This document shows positions 23,051-34,300 of a DNA stretch of 64,000 nt, piece by piece. The stretch comes from Ranitomeya imitator (Eukaryota). How positions within the stretch are numbered: the first letter of the stretch is position 1; each line of letters opens with the position of its first letter. A program made the translations under genes and the position numbers. The notes beneath the pieces are model-generated. The model was not told the origin of the DNA and searched no databases. It saw only the letters and a program-made list of their open reading frames with translations. The stretch is from positions 5,208,001-5,272,000 of the forward strand of contig NC_091289.1 in NCBI RefSeq assembly GCF_032444005.1, given 5' to 3'.

Positions 23051-23688
23051 ACCAGCCTGGTTTGCTTGGAGCTGCGGTACCAGGTAGAGCCTGTAGTAGT
23101 GGCCCTATTTCTGGATGTGACAAATGTTTCTAGTCCTGGATGCCCCCATGGAGCAGATGCAGGGGCTGCGTCGGCCTCATAGGGTGCAGGTCTGGGGTCC
23201 GATAAGAAACCTCCTGCATTACCTCCTCTCTTCACGGAGCAGCCGCTGTCACCGTGCAGGCATTGTGCCTTCCTGTCATCCGCCTCGTTCTCGGTACGCA
23301 GCACACCGCAGATCTGCCGGCATCATCCAAAGTCCAGGATTTTATTTATCTTCCTGAGAAAAAACTTTCACCGTCCCATTAATAATTAGCCGACGTTTAC
23401 TCAGGACTCGCTGTGGGGCCCCTGGGGACGTGGAACGAGCTGGGAATTAAAGGAGCCCCCCGTCCGTCCTCTGAGGTCACCTGTACGATGACAGGAAGAG
23501 GGAGATAATGCGGGACCTTTTATTTTTAATGTAATTTTAAAACTTTTTTCCACTTTTGGTCTCACATCAGCGTTAGCGGCAATCGTTGCAGGCAATCCCT
23601 TAGATGCTGCTGTCAATCGCCGATAGCGCCATGTAAACCGTGCAATCCTGCCCAGGTATCTGCCCAATACCCACACGTTGGTAGTGGA

Positions 23689-26540
23689 GTGTCTGAAGTC
23701 ATGTGGAGGTCGGTAGTTGAGTGATGGCGGCTCTCGGCTTGGTCTGTTGGTGCTGCCTGGACTGGGAGCGCTCCTACCATACAGTGCGGTCGATCTTATT
23801 CTCTACTATATGATGGGAGCGCTCCCAGTCCAGGCAGCACCAACAGACCAAGCCGAGAGCCGCCATCACTCCACTACCGACCTCCACATGACTTCAGACA
23901 CATTTCACTACAATGCAAGCACTGCTGACATCCTATGGCGAGTGACAAATTCGGGCGACTTCCTTGTTCACTTGATATCTTAGCTGTGTAATTCCATCAA
24001 CAAGCCCAACAGGCGGCCACCCTAACCTCTACCGACTGCGACCACCTGAAGACCAAGACTGATATGATCTTTCAGGAACGCTTCAAAGTATTACAGGAAA
24101 GAAAAAAGATGAAAGTTCCAAAGGGACAAAGATTACCTATAACTATAAAATTTATAGATGGAGCGATTCCTCCACTTCAGGTCCTTGGTGCTCCACCTTC
24201 AGGCCAACACAACAGGACTCCTTCAGCTGCTCTGGAAGCGACAGCTCCACTGGCCCTCAACACAGATCCCAATTTTTTATCTAGACGACAGAAGGATCCA
24301 AGATCCTTGCGTTCATCCAAGAGAAAGAATGACAACATGACCCCAGGTAAGACCTCGAACCTGTTGGTCAACATCTCGTCATACAACTTATGTCCCATCG
24401 AACTGCCTTTCATAGAGGTCTGTCTCTTTGTCTGACTCCCAACTGTAATTTCAGATGGAAGAGGACAGACTTTGGACTATAAGAAGAATCCCCTCTGAAT
24501 AAAACGCTTCCTACGGGGGACCCTCTAGTCCCGATTTCTCGATATCCCACTTGAGTCTACGTAATCTCAGCAACTTGACATCATGCTACATCAATATCAT
24601 CGTGGCTCCTTCCTCACACAGCACAATCTATCAACCACTGAAAGGCAGCCAATAAACTATTAACAGTATCAATAATATTTTAATTAAACCCGTGGACAAA
24701 CATGGGGCCATTCCCATAACGGATCGTTGCAATTATCTTAATGAAAGTTCTCATCAACTATCCAACACATCCACAGACAAGAAAGTCCAGCATGACCCTA
24801 GCCAACCATTAGAAACAAGCATTATCAAGCTGTTACCAAAGATCTCTATACTATTGATCAGAAAACCGTGACATTCCTTAGTAATCTACACCCAGAGACT
24901 CCAGTCTTTTACATCCAACCTAAAATGCATAAATCTTTACACAATCCTCCTGGCCGCCCTTAGTAGCCTCTAAAGACTTGATTATTTCCCCTCTGTCTAT
25001 TTATCTATAGAAAATACTCCATCTGCTAGTCAAAAATACTCGCTCCTTCATACTAGACACAGGACAGCATTTTGATGACTCTTGGTGTCAACGGCTTCAA
25101 ACATGATAAGGGTTTACTAGAACTCAGACTTCTCCCATGAATCAACAACCGTATGCACCGATACTCTTTCCCTAATCTTACATGTGAACTTCTTCCTATT
25201 TAGAGACTTCTATCCTCAAATCTGTGGCACCGCCATGGGGTCAAAAGTCACCCCAGCTTATGCCAACTGCTACATGGACAACCTCGAGAACCAATTTGTC
25301 GATACCGATGATTTATTCATACTTCACTATGTTGTTAAAGATATATTCATGATGTTTTCTGTATCTGGAATGGTCCCCGTGATGCACTCCTTTCGTTTGT
25401 CAACTTACTCAACTCCATCAGACTAAAGTTACAGTTCACACTGATTTGGGACACTGATCTCATTTCTTGACACCTCATCATGGACTTCTATTCTCTGCGG
25501 CCAGACACCTGGTGTCACAACTACGATTTCAGATCATAGAGCACGTTCCGGAACCCAGACATGGTGGAAGCCACGTATATCTACTGAAATTTAGAAAATC
25601 CCTCTGGATTCACACTCTTCAAACTATGGCTCCAAGGAGTCACAATAGGGAATCTGATGCCTTAAATATCACTAATTGCCACGCTCTTAGGCCGCGTTCC
25701 TGTCCGATAACTCCTCCACGCACGTGCCGAGCTTCCTACAGCTTCATGCCTCTCTAGCCCCTCGACCAGGAACTCTCCATGACATAATTCTGGTCTGGCA
25801 TGGGTATTCCCCTGTCGAAGCTTAGGCGAAACGCGCGTCGGGCAGGTGCGGGCTGCCACGGAGGCTCTGGTACCGGTTAGTATCACTTTGGATTCCTTTT
25901 TCCTATGGCATTTGACACTTTACTTCTATGAGACCAGGCATTTAAACTGGCGATATATGCACATATTGTAGTGACTTTAATAAGCACTACATTAGTAATA
26001 TTTTCTCTTGGGCACTATTTGCCACTACGTCACTTTAAATCTTTGTTATTATGGCATATTATGTCAAATATATATGTGCAGACTCTAGATACTAATGACT
26101 TATAACATCTACTTTATTTTTTATATATACTTAATTTTATGCACTATTTCTCTGGATCCTATAGTCAATTAGTATCGATCCTAGATGTAGGTATTGGAAT
26201 CCATATTGTAAATTATATAGGTACCATATATTAACTATACTTTATACCTTTTAGTGCCCACACAACTATTATTAATTTTATATTTGTATACTTGATAATT
26301 TATTGATATTATTAATGTTGTTGTGTTGTACTATGTATAACCAAGGCATATTTTAACTCCGTGACACCCCGCATTTTGTAATCCATCTGGTTTGTTTTTT
26401 CCCATATTGTATATTTTGTGATGCTTTTATGATATAATAAAATCTAATTTTCTGGTACATTTGTTGTAGATGTGCATCATATTTGTAGGTATTCCAATCT
26501 CTTAGTGGATGCACCTCATATACTCTTTGGTTGTGTATAT
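23689..26540 (+). mobile_element. Decayed Penelope-like retroelement (RT + GIY-YIG remnants, 3'UTR, 5' inversion)
   Basis: Fragmented motifs VNISSYNL, IKPVDK, PVFYIQPKMHK..NPPGRP, FYPQICGTAMGS..PAYANCYM (25184-25426) and FQIIEHVP..RHGG..WIHTLQTMAP (GIY-YIG C-terminus, 25467-25757); hammerhead-like motif at 25809; AATAAA near 26436; 86-bp inverted duplication at the 5' end. Right boundary approximate. Confidence 0.85.
25809..25842 (+). ncRNA. Degenerate minimal type I hammerhead ribozyme of the Penelope-like element
   Basis: CCC-CTGTCGA-A-GC(TTAG)GC-GAAA-CGCGCGTC-GGG; the core CUGANGA carries A6->U. Confidence 0.7.
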
Positions 26541-26549
26541 ATATATTCA

Positions 26550-27400
26550 GGGCCATTATACTGCAAGGAAGGCTATGTGGGGGCCATTATACTGTATGGA
26601 GGGCTATGTGGGGGCCATTATACTGTATGGAGGGCTATGTGGGGGCCATTATACTGTATGGGGGGCTATGTGGGGGCCATTATACTGTAAGGAAGGCTAT
26701 GTGGGGGCCATTATACTGTATGGAGGGCTATGTGGGGGCCATTATACTGTATGGAGGGCTATGTGGGGGCCATTATACTGTATGGGGGGCTATGTGGGGG
26801 CCATTATACTGTATGGAGGGCTATGTGGGGGCCATTATACTGTATGGAGGGCTATGTGGGGGCCATTATACTGTATGGAGGGCTATGTGGGAGGCCATCA
26901 TACTGTATGGAGGGCTATGTGGGGGCTATTATACTGTAAGGAGGGCTATGCGGCGGCCATGATACTGTATGGGGGGCTATGTGGGAGACCATCATACTGT
27001 ATGGAGGGCTATGTGGGGGCCATTATACTGTATGGAGGGCTATGTGGGAGGCCATCATACTGTATGGAGGGCTATGTGGGGGCTATTATACTGTAAGGAA
27101 GGCTATGTGGGGGCCATTATACTGTATGGGGGGCTGTGTGGGGCCATTATACTGTATGGAGGGCTGTGTTGGGCCATTATACTGTATGAAGGGCAATGTG
27201 GGAGGCCATTACACTGTATGGGGGGCTATGTGGGGGCCATTATACTGTATGGAGGGCTATGTGGGGGCCATTACACTGTATGGAGGGCTATGCGGGGGCC
27301 ATGATACTGTATGGGGGGCTGTGTGGGGCCATTATACTGTACAGAGGTCTATGTGGGGGCCATTACACTGTATGGAGGCCTATGTGGGGGCTATTATACT
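26550..27400. repeat. 31-bp minisatellite (GGGGGCCATTATACTGTATGGAGGGCTATGT)
   Basis: Tandem units, degenerating rightwards. Confidence 0.95.
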
Positions 27401-27859
27401 GTATGAAGTTGTGTTGTGGCCACCGTACTGTACGGAGGGCTGTGTGGGGGTCACAGGGGGCTTCATACTGTGTTGTCACCATACTTTGCCAGGGTGTCTT
27501 GAGGGGAAGTAATGTAGGCTCATTATACCCTGCGTGTGGAGGGCTCTGGGGGTACCATACTGTGGGGGTACCATACTGTGTTTGGGGGGCACTTTTCTGG
27601 CATCGTGAAAATACCTCACAATTTTGAATCCCCCTTCGCCTCCTCAGTAATAAGACCCCAAAAAAAAAACAAAATTGGCGTTACCTCTATCAAAATGAAA
27701 AATTATTTAACCAGAGAAATAATTAAAATCGCAGGTTATAAGTCGCCTCCCTGAAAAAATTGCAATAATTGTCGTATTCGCCCAAAAAAGGCGCAATAAA
27801 CCGTACAGATGGAGGAAGGGGTTAAAAAAAATTACAAGGCGGTGGGGACAGAACAAGAC

Positions 27860-28346
27860 ACCGGTCAGACTCCGCCATGTGTGTCACGTCCTTGCCACAG
27901 CCGCCCCGCGACCCGACACAGCCCCGTACTCACACGTGACCGCCAGGAGTCAGCATGCCACACACAACATGGCGGATACGTGTGGCTATACGTCTGACGT
28001 CAACGCTTCTTCAGCCAATAGGAACCGCCATTCTTTACACGTGCTTTTACGTCGTAGCTCCTCCCACCCGGCTCCTGCAGCAACATGGCGGAGACAATGA
28101 GAGCGGCCGAGAGGCGCCAAATCTGAGCCGCCGTCAGCCCGGAGCGGCCTCCCCTGACCGCCGCCACAGACCGTCCCCGGCCGCTGACCTCGGGTGTCAG
28201 TGACCCGGAACACGACATTTGTGGGAGGGACTCGTCCCTGAGCAGCGCGGAGCCTCACACCGGGGCTGTCACCGAGAGGAGCCGGGAGAATCACTGGCTC
28301 CTCCCCCCGGACTCCTCCAGCCTTTCCTGATACCTCTGAGGGCGCC
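27860..28346. promoter_or_regulatory. Bidirectional CpG-island promoter GLYCTK/WDR82, including putative GLYCTK non-coding exon 1 (donor GTGAGT at 27933, minus)
   Basis: YY1-type AACATGGCGG (~27966, ~28082) and CCGCCAT (~27874, ~28025), CRE TGACGTCA 27995-28002, CCAAT 28015-28019, E-boxes CACGTG 27933 and 28038; divergent gene arrangement. Confidence 0.75.
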
Positions 28347-31300
28347 ATGAAGTTAAACGACAACGTGCTACGGAGTTTCCGAGTGGCCAAAGTCTTCCGG
28401 GAAAATTCGGATAAAATCAACTGCTTCGACTTCAGCCCAACGGGAGAGACGGTGATCTCCAGCAGCGACGACGACTCCATCGTCCTGTACGACTGCCAGG
28501 AGGGAAAGTGAGTGCTGGAGAGGGTGGGGCCTGAGTGCTGGAGAGGGTGGGGCCTGAGTGCTGGAGAGGGTGGGGCCTGAGTGCTGGAGAGGGTGGGGCC
28601 TGAGTGCTGGAGAGGGTGGGGCCTGAGTGCTGGAGAGGGTGGGGCCTGAGTGCTGGAGAGGGTGGGGCCTGAGTGCTGGAGAGGGTGGGGCCTGAGGGAT
28701 GAGAGGGTGGGGCCTGAGTGCTGGAGAGGGTGGGGCCTGAGTGCTGGAGAGGGTGGGGCCTGAGGGCTGGAGAGGGTGGGGCCTGAGTGCTGGAGAGGGT
28801 GGGGCCTGAGTGCTGGAGAGGGTGGGGCCTGAGTGCTGGAGAGGGTGGGGCCTGAGGGCTGGAGAGGGTGGGGCCTGAGGGCTGGGGAGGGTGGGGCCTG
28901 AGGGCTGGGGAGGATGAGGGCTGGGGAGCGCGCGGAGGAGGAGGCTGCGGCGAGGCCTCGCTGGGGAGCGTGCGGAGGACGAAGCGGTGAGGCCTCGCCG
29001 GGGAGCGCGCGGAGGAGGCGGCGAGGCCTGGCCGGGGAGCGCGCGGAGGAGGCGGCGAGGCCTTGCCGGGGAGCGCGCGGAGGAGGCGGCGAGGCCTTGC
29101 CGGGGAGCGCGCGGAGGAGGAGGCGGCGAGGCCTTGCCGGGGAGCGCGCGGAGGAGGCGGCGAGGCCTTGCCGGGGAGCGCGCGGAGGAGGCGGCGAGGC
29201 CTTGCCGGGGAGCGCGCGGAGGAGGCGGCGAGGCCTTGCCGGGGAGCGCCCGGAGGAGGCGGCGAGGCCTTGCCGGGGAGCGCGCGGAGGAGGCGGCGAG
29301 GCCTGGCCGGGGAGCGCGCGGAGGAGGCGGCGAGGCCTTGCCGGGGAGCGCGCGGAGGAGGCGGCGAGGCCTTGCCGGGGAGCGCGCGGAGGAGGCGGCG
29401 AGGCCTGACGGGGAGCGCGCGGAGGAGGCGGCGAGGCCTTGCCGGGGAGCGCGCGGAGGAGGCGGCGAGGCCTTGCCGGGGAGCGCGCGGAGGAGGCGGC
29501 GAGGCCTTGCCGGGGAGCGCGCGGAGGAGGCGGCGAGGCCTGACGGGGAGCGCGCGGAGGAGGCGGCGAGGCCTCGCTGGGGAGCGCGCGGAGGAGGCGG
29601 CGAGGCCTGGCCGGGGAGCGCGCGGAGGAGGCGACGACGGCGAGGCCTTGCTGGCGCCAGAACCCATGCTGTAGATCACACTGGATCCGCAGATCCTCCT
29701 GCCATCACTGCGCTGTACAGTGTGAGATCCGGAGACGATTCCGTCCGTGAGCCGCGCTGCACGTTACATCTGGCGATGGCCGTCGCCCCCTCGCTGCTCT
29801 CCAGGATCACAGTTGTCTTCAGAGCAAATTTTCTTTTCTTTCAAAACTGTCCGGAGCCGAAACTGCAGATGTGAAATTACTGCACCGAGAAATGGTGGAA
29901 AGATGGAAATCCCCGGACGGAGGCGTCACTGACCGGCACTGATGGAAACTGAACGATCACGTCCTCGTGCAGAAATCCCGACACCTTCGGCCTCGGCTGC
30001 TGTCACTGAGGTCATTAATGGTCGTCCGAGGAAGGTTCTGCAGCTGATTATCAGGATCCTCCGCCGGCAGCTCCTGTGTAATCACCGACTAATGACGTCC
30101 CTGATGGAGACAAGTGCGGAGACCCCGCCTGGGCAGGTTGAGGCCACGCAGGCGGCTAACAGTGCGAGGAACACGCGGCTTGGAGATGTGTGACACGGGA
30201 GAAATGGCCGCTCCTCTGGTTCCTACCAGTAATGCAACACTGAACTGTTGGTGACGGGATGGAGACCAGAGGGTCCGAGATCCTTATATTACACCCCCCG
30301 CCCACCATCATTTCCGGGGAGGAGGAGCGGTGGCCGTTCACTCGTGGTGTTTCCTTTGTGATCTCCGGTTAGGACAGAGGACAGCCCTCCGCTCCAGCCT
30401 CACCTGCCTTCGCTCCAGCCTCACCTTCCTCCGCTCCAGCCTCACCTGCCTCCGCTCCAGCCTCACCTGCCTCCGCTCCAGCCTCACCTTCCTCCGCTCC
30501 AGCCTCACCTTCCTCCGCTCCAGCCTCACCTTCCTCCGCTCCAGCCTCACCTGCCTCCGCTCCAGCCTCACCTGCCTCCGCTCCAGCCTCACCTTCCTCC
30601 GCTCCAGCCTCACCTTCCTCCGCTCCAGCCTCACCTTCCTCCGCTCCAGCCTCACCTGCCTCCGCTCCAGCCTCACCTGCCTCCGCTCCAGCCTCACCTT
30701 CCTCCGCTCCAGCCTCACCTGCCTCCGCTCCAGCCTCACCTTCCTCCGCTCCAGCTTCACCTGCCTCCGCTCCAGCCTCACCTGCCTCCGCTCCAGCCTC
30801 ACCTTCCTCCGCTCCAGCCTCACCTTCCTCCGCTCCAGCCTCACCTTCCTCCGCTCCAGCCTCACCTGCCTCCGCTCCAGCCTCACCTGCCTCCGCTCCA
30901 GCCTCACCTTCCTCCGCTCCAGCCTCACCTGCCTCCGCTCCAGCCTCACCTGGAGACTGCATGTTCCCGCAGCTCCGCTCCTCTATCTGCCCGTGGCTCG
31001 GTCTAAATACATCCAGATGTTGTTAGCGCCACAAAATGAAAAAACTCTCTAAAATATAACTTTCAATAATAGTTAAAATTCACTAAAGGTGAATATAGAG
31101 ATTCTCAATTATATCTTAAAAAGTCCAGTGACGAGTATTAAGTACAAAGATTGGGGAGGGGGGCTAGTACCGCTGTAGTATCGCCCTGACCCAGAGCTTC
31201 AGTACAGATTACAGCTTTGACTTTCCTTGAATGATATTTACGTTTTTCTAGGCACAATCTCCTAGATTGAGACTATTTAGTCACCATTCTGGCGTGGGCA

Positions 31301-34300
31301 CTGACCCTCCCAATCATTGACAGCACACTCAGCATTCTTCTACGAGGCACAGATTGTCTCCCCATTAGTGTTTGTTTTCGGGGGGTTTTTGTGTTCCCAT
31401 TTTTTGGTATGGTTTTGTAGGGTGTTATAGGGTCTTTAGGGACCCTGATGTTGAGTGGGGGCGCCACATCGTCAACAACTAGGGTGTCAACCTCCGCAGA
31501 CAGGGCCACTATTAGGGCGATACTAGCCCCAGTTCCCAATCTTTGTTACTTAATACTGGTCATTGGACTTTTTTTATATATAATTGAGACTCTATATTCA
31601 CCTTTAGTGAATTTTAACTGTATTATTAAGTTATATTTTAGAGGGTTTTTTCCTTTTGTGGTGCTCTGATCGACAAGCCCTTATATTTGTTTATTGAGGT
31701 TATTTTAATCCGATGTTGTCCCTGTTGTTTCCATTTTCCATCTCGTGCCGATCGGTGGCGTTTCCACAATTCCACCAGTTTTCCTTCCCGCCGCGATAAT
31801 TCCATTGTTGTGTAGATTGGTGTCCGCCATTTGCGCGGCGACTCCTCAGCAAGCAATGGCGATTGTGCAGCGCTTCTATAAATGTGCTGCAGCGAAGTCT
31901 CCCCTGTGCGCTTTCTCCAGATGAGCCGGGCGCCGCGTGTTCACTGCACAGGACACGGCGTCCGGACACCGATGAGGAGCTGTTGTCCCCTGTAGTGACC
32001 GCGAGGACGCAGCGACGGATATTCTAACATTGTACATATAGCGCTCCCGAAAAACGAGCTGTTGGTGACTTTTTTTTCTTCCTCACAGGCCCAAGCGGAC
32101 GCTATACAGTAAGAAGTACGGCGTGGACCTGATCCGCTACACGCACGCAGCAAACACCGTGGTCTACAGCTCCAACAAGATTGATGGTATGACGCCATGC
32201 ACGCTGAAGGGCCACCAGGCACCCTCCGCTCTGCGGCTGCTCTCTGCTTCTACATCCTTAATCATCGTCTTCAAAGATGGCGTCCATCGATCCTGGAGGT
32301 GGTGGCGGAGCGCGTGGGCCTGGGCTGAGGTAGTTGTTTGTACAGTTTAAGGGTCTGTGACATCACCCGCGGTCGGAGATAACTGTACAGGCTACTGCCT
32401 TGCCCGGGACACGGCACAAGCAGCGATGACGACTACAGAGCGCGTATATTATATCATTATAGTGCTGTAATATCACCTGATACCTCACCTGGTTACAGTG
32501 TGTCATGTGACTGCACCAGCAGAATAGTGAGTGCAGCTCTGGGGTATAATACAGGATGTAACTCAGGATCAGTAATGTATGTACACAGTGACTGCACCAG
32601 CAGAATAGTGAGTGCAGCTCTGGGGTATAATACAGGATGTAACTCAGGATCAGTAATATAATGTATGTACACAGTGACTGCACCAGCAGAATAGTGAGTG
32701 CAGCTCTGGGGTATAATACAGGAGGTAACTCAGGATCAGTAATGTAATGTATGTACAGTGACTGCACCAGCAGAATAGTGAGTGCAGCTCTGGAGTATAA
32801 TACAGGATGTAACTCAGGATCAGTAATGTATGTACACAGTGACTGCTCCAGCAGAATACTGAGTGCAGCTCTGGGGTATAATACAGGGTGTAACTCAGGA
32901 TCAGTAATGTAATGTATGTACACAGTGACTGCACCAGCAGAATAGTGAGTGCAGCTCTGGAGTATAATACAGGGTGTAACTCAGGATCAGTAATGTAATG
33001 TATGTACACAGTGACTGCTCCAGCAGAATAGTGAGTGCAGCTCTGGGGTATAATACAGGGTGTAACTCAGGATCAGTAATGTAATGTATGTACACAGTGA
33101 CTGCACCAGCAGAATAGTGAGCACAGCTCTGGAGTATAATACAGGATATAACTCAGGATCAGTAATGTAATGTGTGTACACAGTGAGTGCACCAGCAGAA
33201 TAGTGAGTGCAGCTCTGGGGTATAATACAGGAGTTAACTCAGGATCAGTAATGTATGTACACAGTGACTGCTCCAGCAGAATAGTGAGTGCAGCTCTGGA
33301 GTATAATACAGGATGTAACTCAGGATCAGTAATGTATGTACACAGTGACTGCTCCAGCAGAATACTGAGTGCAGCTCTGGGGTATAATACAGGGTGTAAC
33401 TCAGGATCAGTAATGTAATGTATGTACACAGTGACTGCACCAGCAGAATAGTGAGCGCAGCTCTGGAGTATAATACAGGATATAACTCAGGATCAGTAAT
33501 GTATGTACACAGTGACTGCACCAGCAGAATAGTGAGCGCAGCTCTGGAGTATAATACAGGATATAACTCAGGATCAGTAATGTAATGTGTGTACACAGTG
33601 AGTGCACCAGCAGAATAGTGAGTGCAGCTCTGGGGTATAATACAGGAGTTAACTCAGGATCAGTAATGTATGTACGCAGTGACTGCACCAGCAGAATAGT
33701 GAGTGCAGCTCTGGGGTATAATACAGGGTGTAACTCAGGATCAGTAATGTATGTACACAGTGAGTGCTCCAGCAGAATAGTGAGTGCAGCTCTGGAGTAT
33801 AATACAGGATGTAACACAGGATCAGTAATGTATGTACACAGTGACTGCTCCAGCAGAATAGTGAGTGCAGCTCTGGAGTATAATACAGGATGTAACTCAG
33901 GATCAGTAATGTATGTACACAGTGACTGCTCCAGCAGAATAGTGAGTGCAGCTCTGGGGTATAATACAGGGTGTAACTCAGGATCAGTAATGTAATGTAT
34001 GTACACAGTGACTGCACCAGCAGAATAGTGAGCGCAGCTCTGGAGTATAATACAGGATATAACTCAGGATCAGTAATGTAATGTATGTACACAGTGACTG
34101 CACCAGCAGAATAGTGAGTGCAGCTCTGGGGTATAATACAGGATGTAACTCAGGATCAGTAATGTATGTACACAGTGACTGCACCAGCAGAATAGTGAGC
34201 GCAGCTCTGGAGTATAATACAGGATATAACTCAGGATCAGTAATGTAATGTGTGTACACAGTGAGTGCACCAGCAGAATAGTGAGTGCAGCTCTGGGGTA

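Noticed and set aside
20408-23182. Gly/His/Pro-rich ORFs up to 872 aa
   Set aside because: Translations of the ~33-bp minisatellite with frame switching.
30369-30962. Collagen-like GEAGAE ORF and LERRQVR ORF
   Set aside because: 7-aa period from a 21-bp minisatellite, not Gly-X-Y; intronic and antisense to WDR82.
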